From the NCBI RefSeq assembly GCF_009914755.1, contig NC_060933.1: 64,000 nucleotides of DNA. One strand, written 5' to 3'. The notes below the pieces were generated by a model. It was not told the origin of the DNA, ran no database searches, and saw only the letters and a list, made by a program, of their open reading frames with translations. Below, piece by piece: positions 1-15,570 of this stretch (within the stretch, counting starts at the first letter, position 1; the number at the start of each line of letters is the position of its first letter). Origin of the DNA: the human T2T-CHM13v2.0 reference genome, Homo sapiens. A program made the position numbers and the translations under genes.

Positions 1-645
1 GGCATTCCAGGAGAATGACCCTGTATGGCAGATGCACCTGACAGCAAGAAAGTAAGAAATGAGGGGCTGGGACTAGTGGCTCACACCTGTAATCCTAGCA
101 CTCTGGGAGCTGAGGTGGGAAGATCACTAGAGCCCAGGAGTTTGACAGTTTGAGATCAGCCTGGGCAACAAAGTGAGACCCTGTCTCTAAGAAAACAAAA
201 AACAAAAAACAAAAAACTGGACATGGTAGTTCATGCCTGTGGTTCCAGCTACTCAGGAGGCTAAGGTGGGAGGATCACTTGAGCCCATGAGGTTGAGGCT
301 GCAGTGAGCTATGATTGCATCACTGCACTCTAGCCTGGGTGACAGAGCAAGACCCTATCTCAGAAAAACAAAACAAAACAAAATTTAAAAAACCCACACC
401 AAAAAAACAAAAAACAAATAAATAAACTAGGGTTGCCATATGGAGGTTGATGGGGTGGAGGGTGATAAATGAAAGTGCTATATAAACAGCATGTTTCTTA
501 CAAGTGGCCACACCCACTACCACTGGACCACCCTGTAAGTTCCCCTAAATAAACCTATGTTTTAGTTTGCTGGTGTCAGGTCTGTTCTTCAGCGTCTTGA
601 ACCTGGTGCCATACCTAATGAAGTTGATAGGGGTCCAGCATGGCA
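1..645 (+). mobile_element. Old ERVL-type LTR (MER54/MER73/MER74-like), interrupted by an Alu
   Basis: 'gagaatgaccctgtatggcagatgcacctga' at the start and an LTR-like end 'aataaacc...ggtgccatacc...gataggggtccagcatggca'. Family assigned from memory. Confidence 0.45.
65..425 (+). mobile_element. AluJ
   Basis: Dimeric Alu with J-type motifs (gagcccaggagttt, gaggctgcagtgagctatgat) and an A-rich tail. Confidence 0.92.
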
Positions 646-753
646 GTTGGATGGATGAATAAATTAATAATTAAGTGAATGTTAGTTCTGGAGGGACGAG
701 TGGAGAAGTTGTTAGCCACATGCCTGGTTCTTCCTCTAAGAAAAATTGGAGTG

Positions 754-1288
754 TGTGATGGTTAATATTAAGTATCAACTTGATTGGATTGAAGGATGCA
801 AAGGATTGTTCCTGGGTGTGTCTGTGAGGGTGTTACCAAAGGAAATTAACATTTGAGTCTGTGGACTGGGATAGGCACACCCACCTTCAATGTGGGTGGG
901 CACCATCTAATCAGCTGCCAGCAGGCAGGAAAAGGTGGGAGGAACAGACTTGCTGAGTCTTCCAGCCTTCATCTTTCTCCCATGCCGGATGTTTTCTGCC
1001 TTCAAATATTGGACTCCAAGTTCTTTGACTTTTGGACTCTTGGACTTACACTAGTGATTTGCCAGGGGCTCTTGGGCCTCCAGCCACAGACTGAAGGCTG
1101 CACTGTCAGCTTCCCTACTTTTGAGGTTTTGGGACTTGGACTGATCCACTAGTGGCTTCCTTGCTTCTCAACTTGCAGACAGCCTACTATGGGACTTTAC
1201 CTTGTGATCATGTGAGTCAATTCTCCTTAATAAACTCCCTTTCAGATATACGTATATCCATATACCCTAGAGAACCCCGACTAATACA
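754..1288 (+). mobile_element. MLT2A1/MLT2A2 solo LTR (HERV-L)
   Basis: Starts tgtgatggttaatatt...caacttgattggattgaagg and ends gagaaccccgactaataca. Perfect 5-bp TSD gagtg at 749-753 and 1289-1293. Confidence 0.9.
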
Positions 1289-2214
1289 GAGTGGTTAATG
1301 GAAGAGTAGAAAGAGCATAATTTACGTGTAGCTTATCTACTTAGTGGCTGTTGAGAACGTGTTCAGATGGAGTACACCTGCAGCTTGTTTCCTCACTGTC
1401 ACAGTAAAGGGTCATGTGAAGAATTGTTTCACATTCCTGTGTTAGCTGTGCATTGATATGGCCTTTAAACAGTGACTCTCCATTCTGGCCAAGAGTTCAG
1501 GGTACTCATATCTGGATCTTCTCATTCATTGTCTCCCTTGCTCCTTCAACAGTTTTTCTTTCAGCATCGCTTTTGGCTGCATTCAGGAAATTGCCCTGAT
1601 GGGTTGAAGTGAGAGAATGGTCTGCTGTGTGTGTTCTCACTCCTCCCAGGGCTGTGTCTGGGACTCTGGGAAGCAGGGTGGTTGATGATTGAATGGCTGC
1701 TGCCTGCTCTCCTCTCCCCTTTCCTGATTGTCACTGACTTTGGCCTCACATTGCTTGGTGACAGCCAAGTCCTACATGCTGGGTTTACTCTGCTGAAAAA
1801 GCCTCAGAAAATGGGACAGCCGCCTGCAGTTGCCCTTTCAGGTGGGACCAGGAGGCCAAATGGTGGATAAATGAGAAAGTAATGGAGTGAGTTTGTCTAA
1901 ATGATCTATGAAAGGTCTCCTCCTGTGGTAACTCCTGCCTCTTGACTTCAGCTCCTGCTCAGGAATCTGGACGGTGGACATACATTTGATTGGACAGGCA
2001 TGTATTTCTACTTTTCTTATGTTCTGGCGACAGTGTGTCAGGTAGAATTTACTTAAGTGGAAATTAAAATTTGTAAATCCCACAAGTTCTTGAAGAGGTA
2101 ACTTACAAAAGTCCCACCTTGTAGAACCACTGATGATAAATACCAAGGACTGTGAGGATGGGAAGGAAATTTGAAGAAATCCAATCCCCTGATTTTTTTA
2201 GATAATTATAATAA

Positions 2215-2700
2215 TTAGCATTAATTGACAACCTAACTATGTGCCAGCTTATGTATCACCTCTGTATATTATATCATTTAATCCTTAAAACAACAGGGCT
2301 TTAGGTCTTGTTATTGTATTTTACTTATTTAATTTTTGGAGTCAAAATTTTTATTCTTCAAGTCACACATGGAATTCTCATTTTAGAGATGAGGAAATCA
2401 GTGATTGGAAAAGTGAAAACAACTGCTTGGTCATTTCACTAGTGGGAGGTGGAGCCAGAGGTAGAACCCACAGATCCTTTTATTTTACATCTATAATCAT
2501 ATTTACTGTTTATTTAGAGCCTACCAGATACTGGGACGAGTCCTTCACATGCACTGAATCATGAGACCTCCTTGACTCTGAGATATAGATATGGTTATCT
2601 CCATTTGACAGGTTAGGAAACAGATTCAGAGAGCTTAAAGGGCCTGCCTATTCAAGGTCAAGCAGTAGAATTGAACTAGAAATCCGGTCTTCTGGAAGGC
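2215..2700 (-). mobile_element. MIR fragments
   Basis: MIR core-like 'catttaatcct...ttttagagatgaggaaa' and 'ccatttgacaggttaggaaacagattcagagag'. Confidence 0.6.
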
Positions 2701-3119
2701 AAGTGTTTCTTTCATGCTTTCAGGTTGTGTCAGTGTTGTAAGGTCTTAGAAGGTATTTTTGACGGTATTATTTTCAGATCCTGGAAGGAAAGTTTGGGGA
2801 CAGTGGAGGTGCTGAATTGCCTGTTGGTATCTTGCACTTTTTCTGCCCACCTGAGTTCTCTCCTCAGTGTCCTAGAGGCAGGAAGCCTGCACACTTTATT
2901 TTCCAGAATCCTTTGTCAGCAGGCTCCTACTGCAGATGCCACAGATGACAGGAATTCATAGAAGATTTGGGAGAGGAAGAGAAAAAAAGTCATTGTCCAC
3001 CCCTCCATCCAATCTACTACTACTCTCTGCGTATTCACACCACTCCAGCCCTCCTCTCAACCTCGTTGATGGTGAGATAACAGTAATGAGGATACTACCC
3101 TGTAAGGGTTTTTGATTCA

Positions 3120-3475
3120 ATTATCCTTCTACCTGGATTGTTTTTTCTAGATACTCACGTGACTGTCTCCCTTCTCTCGACTTTGTTCAAACGTCCCCTA
3201 CTTCCTGAAATCTTCCCCGAGCACCTTACTTAAAATGACAGAAACCATCTTGGCACGTTTCCATTCCCCCATTCCCTGCTTCATTTTTCCCCATAGCATT
3301 TATCAGCATCTGATATATATTTTACTTGTTAATTTATTTATGCCAGTCTATTTCCACTAGAATATGAGCTTCACAAAGGCAATTATTTGTGTCTGTTCAT
3401 TACTGATTCCCTGTTCCAAGAACAGTATCTGGCTCAAGTTGAGCACTCAATAAATATTTGTTGAATAAATGAGAA
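3120..3475 (+). mobile_element. L2 3' end
   Basis: Ends 'gcactcaataaatatttgttgaataaatga'. Confidence 0.75.
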
Positions 3476-4196
3476 TGCACACTGCCCCTGACAGGTGAGC
3501 ATGGGTGGTCACTCTGTACTTGCCGCACTGGTGCACTCCTGGAAGTCAATCATAAGAGTCTCATTTGCTTTGATCCTGAGCCTGCCATTGCCTTTGCTGT
3601 TCCTCCTACTCTTTCTTGCTACTCTGATCTGTGGGGGCATCTGTTGGGTAAGGATCCAATTTTCCATAAAAAGTACAGATGGAGTTATCAAGAAGGCTAT
3701 GCACAGCAGGGAGTCTAGCTCTGCCAACCATTTGTAAAATCTTTGTCATAGCAGTCAGTGATGTACCAAAGGGGAGGCGGTAAAGGCTGTCTGGCCTGAT
3801 GGGGAGGAGTTGCCTTGACATTGTTTAGAATTGCCAGTACATGGCGATAACAGAAATCAGACTTTTAGTTGGCTTTATTTATAGTATTTAAAATTTCCCC
3901 AGAATATGCACCCACTTATTGCTTTCACACTAAATATGAGCACTCCCACTGCCCTGCCCTGGGTATACTACAGGCAGCAACAGAGAGATGGCTGAGGGTC
4001 TGAAGCTGACCTCTAACAGGCATGCCCACAGTGTTTGAGAGCTCATTGTAGTAACGCTTCCACCATTGAGAACAGCACTGCTTCACAAGGAAGGTTAGCA
4101 TGGGTACTGATGCAGAACTTAAATTTGTTCAATGTATCCACTGCATCCTGATGACCCAGCGTTCTTGCCAAGTCCTGAAATTCCATGTTAGGAGAG

Positions 4197-4742
4197 ATTT
4201 CTGGGTTTACTATTTGCTTTGTAAAAAATTATTCTAAACTTGGCTTAAGACAGTATCTCAGTTTGAGTGCTAAGAATCTGGGCATCTTAATTGGGACTTT
4301 TTTTTTTAGGGTCTCTCATAGGCTGCAGTCAAGGTATAGGCTGGGGTTGTAGTTTCATCTCAAGGTCCACCTGGGGAAGCGCCCACTTCCAAGCTCATTC
4401 ATGTGGTTGTTGGAAGGCCTCAGTTTCTCACTGGCTGCTGGTCAGAGGTTACACTTAGTTCTTTGCCACATGGGTCCCTCCACAGAGCATCTCACAACAT
4501 GGCAGAGTGAGCAAGGTAGCAGGCAAGAAGGAGCACCAGCAGGAGAGAGAGGACTATCGAAAGGGAAGTCACAGTCTTTTATAACCTAATCTAAAACACG
4601 ATATGCCATCATTCTTGCTGTATTCTATTAGAAGCAAGTCACTAGGTTCAGCACACATGCGTGTACATTGGGAAGGAATTACACAAAAGTATGAATACCA
4701 AAGGCAGAGATCACTGGGAGTCACTTGGGAAGCTGCCCCACA
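4197..4742 (-). mobile_element. MLT1 (MLT1E/F-like) MaLR LTR
   Basis: 'ggctgcagtcaagg...cacttccaagctcattcatgtggttgttgg...gaagcaagtcactagg'. Confidence 0.75.
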
Positions 4743-5279
4743 TTAGATCTCTTCTTAATAATTACTTTAAATATGCATGCACTGAACCTTGGGATGCTCA
4801 GTAAATTTTTCAGCCAGATCTTATTTTTCTTATACCTTGTAGAAATTGCTATACCTTGAAGCTTCTGGATGATGGATGAAGTTATTTTCTGGGTTATGCT
4901 GAGGATGAACATTTTTTTCTTGCTTTGAAATTTCAAAGGGAATTTGGGAGGGAAGAGAGTTAAATAAGTATGATTAAATGTTATTTTTGCATGGAAATGT
5001 TCAACTATTTTTTAAAAGGTATGGTGCATGGGCCATACAGTTTTTGAGGTCTTGCATATGTAGATGTCTGGCTGTTGTATTTGCCTATAAAAGAGTTGGT
5101 TGGATATCAAGTTATTGATACATATTCTTTTCTTCTAGAAATTTTGCTGACATTAATTCACCGCCTTCTAGCATTTTTTGTTGTGGTGTACAAAGGAAGC
5201 CTTGGTTAGCTAGGTTCTTGATCATTGTACATAGATGCTTTCAGTACTCTCCCACATAACCTAAATATTCACCTTTTTA

Positions 5280-5642
5280 GCATGTGGCAACAGTGTCCTA
5301 CTACAAGCATCTGACTTTGTGCTGAGAACTTCTGTCAGCACATGGGCTGGCCTGAAGTAACAGGATTTAAGATCCCTTCGTCACCTTTTAGCCAGAGATG
5401 GATAGTAGTTCAGGATAAATATCTCAGCTTCCTCACCCCTTAAGTGGGATAATGCTTTATATTCCTAGATTTCTCCATTACAGTTGAGCTTCAGTTGCCT
5501 ACAGCTGTAACAATCTCAATAAAGGTGACTTTAATCATTACTGACTCTTCCTTATTTCATGTACCCACTCCTCTACAGGTTCCTCCTGGGATCAGCAAAC
5601 TCTTGTCTCAGAATCTTCTTTGGGGGAACCCACTGGAAGACA
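5280..5642 (+). mobile_element. LTR16-like ERVL LTR
   Basis: 'ggataaatatctcagcttcctcacccc' and a terminus 'ctttgggggaacccactggaagaca'. Confidence 0.55.
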
Positions 5643-5767
5643 ATTCTTTAGAGGTAAGTTTATTCAGGTATCAGTAATCTTGTCCAGATGTTTACAAGAT
5701 TTCAAAAAATTCGTTTATTTTGATTGTTCAAAATTTTGTCAGGTTTGCCAAGAGGTTGTGTTTCTTT

Positions 5768-7503
<1,736 letters not shown>

Positions 7504-7789
7504 AGTGGTTGTGTATCTTTAGCAGGTTTTTCTTAGACGTATGGAACCCTTTAAGAAATGTATGCACTTATTTTTCCTAAGCTCAAGGATTTTGTTAAAC
7601 TATAGCTTTGATCATTTTTTCTTTTAAAATTTATTCTGATTTCTTCATAATGTTCAATTTGCTCTGGTCTCTCCTTTAATATCACTAAACATCACTAAAA
7701 ATTGGAATATTTGTTCTCTGTTTTCTTTCTTCCGTATCTATAATGGTATCTTTCATTAGTTATATGTGGTTATTTTTAGTCCCCACATT

Positions 7790-9988
7790 AGACATGGTTT
7801 GGCTCTGTGTCCCCACCCAAATCTCATCTTGAATTGTAATAATCCCCACATGTCAAGGGTGGGACCAAGCGGAGATAATTGAATCATGCGGGCAGTTTCC
7901 CCCATGCTGTCCTCATGATAGTGAGTAAGATCTCATGAGATCTCATGGTTTTATAAGGGGCTTCCCCCTTCCCTGGGCACTTATTCTTTCTCCTGATACC
8001 CTGTGAAGAGGTGCCTTCCACCATGATTGTAAGTTTCCTGAGGCCTCCCCAGCCATGTGGAACTGTGAGTCAGTTAAACCTCTTTTCTTTATAAATTACC
8101 CAGTATTGGGTATTATTTCATAGCAGCATGAGAATGGACTAACACAGTAAATTGATTCTGGGAGAGTGGGGTGCTACTATAAGGATACCCAAAAATGTGG
8201 AAGTGACTTTGGAACTGGGTAACAGGCAAAGGTTGGAACAGTTTGGAGAGCTCAGAAGAATACAGGAAGATGTGGGAAAGTTTGGAACTTCCTAGAAACT
8301 TGTTGAATGGCTTTGACCAAAATGCTGATCGTGATATGGACAATTAAGTCCAGGCTGGGGTGGTTTCAGAGGGAGATGAGGAACTTGTTGGGACCTGGAA
8401 TAAAGGTGCTTCTTGATATGCTTAAGCAAAGAGATTGGTGGTATTTTGCCCCTGTCCTAGAGATCTGTGCAACTTTGAACTTGAGAGAGATGATCTAGGG
8501 TATCTGGTGGAAGAAGTTTTTAAGCAGCAAATTGTTCAAGAGGAAGCAGAGCATAAAAGTTTGGAAAATTTGCAGCCTGACAATGCAGTAAAAAAGAAAA
8601 ACCCATTTTCTGGGGAGGAATTCAAGCCCACTGCAGAAATCTGCATAAGTAATGAGGAGCCAAATATTAATCACCAAGACAATGGAGAAAATGTCTCTAG
8701 GGCATGTCAGACAACTTCAAGGCTGTCCCTCCCATCATAGGTCCAAAGGCTTAGGAGGGAAAAATGGTTTCTTGGGCTGGGCCCAGGGCTCCCCCTGTCT
8801 GTGCAACTTTAGGACATGGTGCCCTGAGTTCCAGCTGCTTCAGCTCCAGCCATGGCTAAAAGGGGCCAAGGTACAGCTCAGGCCATTGCTTCAGAGGGTA
8901 CAAGCCCCAAGCCTTGGTGGCTTCCATATGGTGTTGAGCCTGTAAGTACACAGAAGATGAGAATTGAGGTTTGGGAACCTCTGTCTAGATTTCAGAGGAT
9001 ATATGGAAACACCTGGTTGTCCAGGCAGAAGTCTGCCGCAGGGGTGGCTGTCTCATGGAGAACCTCTGCTAGGCAGTGTGGAAGGGAAATGTGGGGCTGG
9101 AGCCCCCTCACAGAGTCCCCACTGGGGCACTTCCTGGTGGAGCTGTGAGAAGAGGGCTACCGTCCTCCAAACCCTGGAATGGTAGATTCGGCAACAGCTT
9201 GCACTGTGTGCCTGGCAAAGCTGCAGACACTCAATGCCAGCCCATGAAAGCAGCCAGGAGGGAGGCTGTGCCCTGCAAAGCCACAGGGGTGGAGCTGCCC
9301 AAGGCCATGGGAGTCCACCTCTTGCATCAGCATGCTCTGGATGTAAGACATGGAGTCAAAGGAGATCATTTTGGAACTTTAAGGTTTAATGACTGCCCTA
9401 TTGGATTTTGGACTTGCATGTGGCCTGTAGCCCCTTTGTTTTGGCCAATTTCTCCCATTCAGAATGGGTGTATTCATCCAATACCTGTATCCCCATTGCA
9501 TTGCCTTATCTCAGATAAGACTTTGGACTTGGACTTTTGAGTTAATGCTACAATGAGTTAAGACTTTGGGGACTGTTGGAAGTGCATGATTGTGTTTTGA
9601 AATGTGAGGACATTGGGAGGGGCCGGGGTGGAATGGTATAGTTTGGCTCTGTGTCCCCACCCAAATCTCACCTTGAATTGTAATAATCCCCACATGTCAA
9701 GGGCAGGACCAGGTGAGATAATTGAATCATGGGGGCAGTTTCCCCCATGCTGTCCTTGTGATACAGAGTGAGTTCTCTCGAGATCTGATGGTTTTATAAG
9801 GGCCTTATCCCTTCACTCAGTACTCATTCTCTCTCCTGCCACTCTGTGAGGAGGTGCTTTCCACCATTATTGTAAGTTTCCTGAGGCCTCCCCAGCCCTA
9901 TAGAACTTTGAGTCAATTAAACCTCCTTTCTTTCTAAATTGCCCAATTTGCATATTTCTTCATAGCAGTGTGAGAACAGACTAATCCA
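7790..9988 (+). mobile_element. THE1 (THE1C-like) MaLR element with two LTRs and internal region
   Basis: 5' LTR 7790-8146, internal region 8147-9633 ending in a polypurine tract gggaggggccggggtggaa, 3' LTR 9634-9988. TSD acatt/gcatt. Confidence 0.92.
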
Positions 9989-10378
9989 GCATTCTAAGAA
10001 GGCTTTTCAAGTTTTTAAATGACATAACTTCTTCCATTTTCTGCAGCATCGATTTTGTTCTTTACCCTCTCAATGTGGTCTTAAATTCTGCTATTGTGTT
10101 TTTTCAATTCCTTGTTATCTCATCCATTTCCCCCTTTCATCTCATCTCAGCTTTTAAAAGAACTTGTTGCTTTTTAAAATATATAACATATATTTTACAC
10201 TTTACTGGTATTTCCTGGAATTTTTTTAGACCTTGCAATTGACAGTATTGTAAAGGTATGCTTTTCTCTGAGTCTCCAGGATATTGCCTTTTCCTATTAT
10301 GCAGTTTTATATTTTGTTTTGTTCCATATTTACATTTCTTTTTTACTCATCCTTGGTAAAGGTAACATCTATATAGAC

Positions 10379-10861
10379 TGCATTAGTCAGGATTCCCCAG
10401 AGAAGCAGAACAAATAAGAGATATCTATCTATAGCTATAGCTATATATATCATATACCATATATATGTATATGAGATTTATTATGAGGTGTTGGCTCACA
10501 TGATTATGAAGGCTGAGGAGTCCCACGATCTGTCACAATCTGCTCTCTGCAAGCTAGAGGCCCAACAAAGCTGGTGGTGTAATTCTAGTGCAAGCCTGAA
10601 GGCCTGAGAACTAGGAGAGCCAATGTCTGAGGGCAGAAGAAGATGCATGTGCCAGCTCAAGCAGAAAGAGCAAATTCATCTTTCTTTTGCCTTTTTGTTC
10701 TGCTCAGGCCCTCAATGAATTGGATGATGCCCACCTGCATTGGCAAGGACGGATCTTTTTTACTCAGCCTGTCGATTCTAACACACTCAGAAATAATGTT
10801 TTGCCATCTATCTGGGCATCTTTTAGTCCAGTCAAGTTAACACAAAAAAATAACTATCACA
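10379..10861 (-). mobile_element. MLT2B/C/D-like solo LTR
   Basis: tgcattagtcagg...ccagtcaagttaacaca...aactatcaca. Perfect TSD tagac at 10374-10378 and 10862-10866. Confidence 0.85.
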
Positions 10862-12180
10862 TAGACTTAGTGTTTATCAACAAATAGGGTGATTAATTTG
10901 GCCTATGTACTTCTTCCTATTTGCACAGAGATCAAATCTCTTTCTTAGATTTCTTGTTGGAAGAAGGAAGATTCATGTACACAGGTCTTAAATTCCCATT
11001 TCTTAGCAGCCATGTCCCCAGTGAGGGCGGCTTCTCCGTCATTGCCTAATTTTCTAGGATATTAAAAACTGTGAATAAATTTGCTAAGATGCCCCATGCC
11101 ATTTGTAATTGTGCCCCTCTTAAACCTCTACTTCCATTTCCTGCCCAGTTATTTTTCTAGGATTTACAGACTCTAAGAGGATGTAGAGGAATGCCTATGG
11201 AGATGGGAAAAAGTGGTTTCATGAGTTCAGAGGTCTTCATGTTCCACTAAAGTTCTAAGAGTTATACAATGATGATTCCTGGGAGCAGCTCCTGTATGTG
11301 GGTTTAAGAAACACTTTATGTTGCAAGGATTATAGTAGATTTTTCCTACCTTATTTTTCATGGTTCTTTTATTTCCACAAAACAAAGATGGTTAATGCCA
11401 TGAGCTGATGCTTTGGTCAATTTTCTAAATTCATGTTATCTTTCTTAGTTATTAATTAGTTTCTCCCAGATTTTGGCATTAGGCGGTGTGACAGCCTTAA
11501 TTTCTACTGGCTTTGTGAATTGTGTTTTTAAAATATATTATCATTAATATTTCTTTGAAAGATTGAGAAATACGGCATAAGTAAATGCTAACAAGACACT
11601 CCTTTGAATGAGAAATCTCATATTTACATATATTACAATAAATGCTTACTAGAGTTTGTCTTGTTAGTTGAACACAATGTATAGCAGTAGGGATTTTTGA
11701 TTTCATGTGTTTTAAACTTTACTCATCAGTAATATTATTTTCTATTATGTGATTAAAATATCTGTGACAAATAACTGTAAGCTTGCTTTGTACATGCTAT
11801 AAATATCTAGCTTAAAATTATTTTTGAAGCACCACTTCAACTTTATATGCCAATCTTGAAGAATATTGCTGCCAAAAATTATGACGAAGTAACTCAAAGC
11901 ATACATATTCATGGCCATTGCTTCATATCTCTCCTTAGAATTCATGATTACATCCAATGTAGTGACAGAAACTCAGGGGAAGATATCCAAGAAAGCAAAA
12001 CCTAAGCCGCAGAGAATAGATCCCCATCTTTAACAGGTATTAAAAACATAAGCATGAGAATGATTGACATGCAGGTGGATATTATAAAAGTGCAAGACTT
12101 TGAAGGCTTTTTCTGACATGGTGAAAATGAAAAAGGAAATCCAGACTTTAAAATTCATATGCTTATTCTTCTGAAGTTTA

Positions 12181-12547
<367 letters not shown>

Positions 12548-12649
12548 TCAAATATCAAATGTTGCTGAGTTATTGATGAGTAGAAAAATCTGTACCTTTA
12601 GTTATTTGTGAGGGTGTGCTAGTGTGACTTTCATGGGAACCAGAGACCA

Positions 12650-12807
12650 ATTGTTTTCATCTCTTCCAAATTCTGCGCTCAGTGACACAACACTGACAGC
12701 TTGAAACACAGCACGTTTGGAGCATTTATGTCATGGAAATCAGCAAATGCTACAGTTAGGGTTCCCTCCACCAGAAAGCCAGTTGTTAAACATTTATCAG
12801 CACACTG
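12650..12807 (-). mobile_element. MER63-like hAT DNA transposon fragment
   Basis: Ends 'agccagttgttaaacatttatcagcacactg'. Confidence 0.6.
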
Positions 12808-13802
12808 CAATTATTTGTGCCCTTTTTATACTTTCTTTCCCATGTTTATATGATTATATTTAGTTTATTTATATAAAACTCCCAGGCTTCATCATTGTGA
12901 TTGGTTGAGTCAGCCAATGATATTGGATTTAAATTTTCATACATTTGATTTTACACAAGAGCAGGAAACCATGCTCAAGCAATGATTTCCTCCCTTGTTT
13001 TTCATAAGGAGTTGTTGGTTGGTGGCTAATAACTACAAAAACGCAACAGCTATAAACTAGATCCTTTTTTGATTGTTTTTAAATCAATCATCCCATGCTA
13101 AAAGATGCACTTCTATTCCATTTTTTAAAAAAAGTAAAACTTTAACATCAATTAGAGGATGTATGCCTCCAGTTATGTAATAATGGACTTAATTTCATTT
13201 GCTCTAGAAAGTGTCTCATAAATGAGTGTCCCTTGCATAGGGTCATGTTTCAAGCTCTGCTCCATCATCCTAAAGCGTGGAGGACTTGCTCAGGGTGGGT
13301 GTGGGAGACAGATTGTCTGACAGGAGTACTCCGAGAAGTTAAGGAAGCAGGGATTCTAAGAAACAGCTGGCTTCCTCCATTTCTCTCAACCTCCTTGATA
13401 TTTCTTTCTTCCTTACTCTTTCCAATTCTCCTTTCATCATGATCTAATTCATCGTTTATTACACTAATTAGGTTGCATTTACTTCTCAGACTTTAATTTT
13501 TAAAAAGAAACAGTTGATGAGAAAGATGACTATAGAGAGTCATGTAGGTGACCTAGGTAAGAAAGCAATTTGTCAGCTTTTTAAATTGGCATCTTAAAAA
13601 TTCATGTTCAATATTTATCTGAGGAAGAGAGAATGTCAGTACCTGTTAGGAATCCTTTGTCATTTCACCTTGAAAGCACTACTCCTGTCTATTTCACAAG
13701 ACCAATTTACATGTAACTAGCTGTGAATGAAACTAAAGGGTGTAGGGCTGAGTTAACTGGCACTGTGTTTTTGAATTAGTTCAATAATATCTAATATTCC
13801 TT

Positions 13803-13910
13803 AGAGAAGTGCTTCTTAACTTTTCATGTGTGTATCTATCACCTGGAAATTAGTTAAAAGCAGATCTAGCAATTTTCATTCAGTAGGCCTGGGGCAGGGC
13901 TGGAGATCAA
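13803..13910. mobile_element. MER5A-like hAT MITE fragment
   Basis: 'gtgcttcttaac...atcacctgga...ttaaaa...attcagtaggcctggggcaggg'. Confidence 0.6.
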
Positions 13911-15379
13911 AGTTGTTGCTTAGAATATGAGATATGGAAGGCTTGATAGACCTGTACTTGTAACTGTTTTAAAAGTAATAAGATTTTGGTCTACTAAGTG
14001 AGAATATTTGTTAAAAGATGTTCTTTTAAAAGAAGTAATGAAGGGTATTGAAACCAGAAACATTAAGCACACAATAATGAAGTAAAGATTTAACGTGGAC
14101 ACCACTAGATAACTGGACAGTCATATTTCTGTAACAATTGTTGTCATGATAACCATATGTTTACTTCTTCATGTACTGGGACATTCTGATTTATGAATAT
14201 GTGGTTACAAAGTTGCCATTACATAATATAGATTCCCCACCCCTCGTGCAGTTTTCAACTGTACAATTCTGAGCAAGCCACAAGCTGCCTATGATGTGTT
14301 TTTGCCAGGCACCCACTAGATGCTCAGTGAATACTTGTTAGCTGAATTGAACCCAAAGGAAACTCACATACGTGCCTACACAATTTAAACAATGCTTGCC
14401 ACATGAACATGCTTTCAGAAATGATTATTTCTATTCTAATCTCTTCAGACCTAGATGATAAGCACTGTCTGTTTTTAGGCTTTATGACCAAGTGCACACT
14501 TCTGTCCACAAAACAACCCCTTGACCATTTTAGCCACTATTGAGCTCTGCTCTTTCCAAACACCTATAGTATTTATCCTATCTTGTACATCTGCCATTTG
14601 TATTAGAAAAAATTGCATCTCTAAAGACACTGCAAAATTTTCAAAAACAGAGGCAATGTCATCTTCTTTTTTGGGATCCCATTTCACTTAGCACAGAGTT
14701 AGACACAGAGCAGTTATTCAACTGAAAATTATTAAATTGATTTACCCCTTTGATGCTTTATTGTCAGTTATCCTTTATTTATTAAATATCTTAGATAGTT
14801 CAGACAAGGCCCAACAGTTCCATAATCAAACAAAATATATCATTGCTTTAAGAAATTTTCTTGTGACTCAGCCTTTCAGACACCCTTAGAATAAGATATC
14901 TTTTGATTTTTTTTTTTTTAAAAAGGCTTAGTTATATTTCTACATGGCTCAGTTAGGCATGATTGTTGGTTTATTTCCTCAAGGTACAGTTGAAAATGTC
15001 TTTTATTAAATTTCCATCAGGATTACTGGTTGATGTTTTCTGTATGTTTACCAAAGGGTCAGCTGGACATAATTTTTGGTTTGATTACTTCAACCAGTCA
15101 ATACACTGAGAAGAGCAAGCCCAGCTGAAACACAGGGAAAAACTAATGCGTGTTGAAGCATATAACTACCATTATTGAAATATTAGGGTAGCTTGTATCT
15201 GATTCTAGGTGCTTTCGTTTAAGAGTTTATTTAATCTTATAGCACTATGAGGTCAGTAATAATATAACCCACATGTATAATGAGAGACTGAGGCTCGGAG
15301 AATTAAAGATACTTTCCCAATTTCATGGTGCCAAGAAAATGCAGAGCTTGGACTTGAACGCAGAGTATCTGTCTCTAAA

Positions 15380-15570
15380 GCTGTGCTATCTAATATATTA
15401 GCCACTAGCTTCATATAGTATTAAAATTCATTAAAATTAAAAAATCAGTTCTTCAGACACACTAACCACATTTCAAGTGCTCAGTAGGCACCTGTGGCTA
15501 GTGGTTAATCTGCTGGACAGCATAGGTATGGAACATTTTCATCATCATGGAAAGTTCCATTGAACAGTGC
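15380..15570. mobile_element. MER3 hAT MITE, adjacent to a MIR (~15170-15375)
   Basis: 'ccacatttcaagtgctcagtaggcacctgtggctagtgg...gaacattttcatcatcatggaaagttccattgaacagtgct'. Confidence 0.75.

Noticed and set aside
8435-9540. Cluster of 97-154-aa ORFs
   Set aside because: Fragments of the THE1 internal region, broken by frameshifts.
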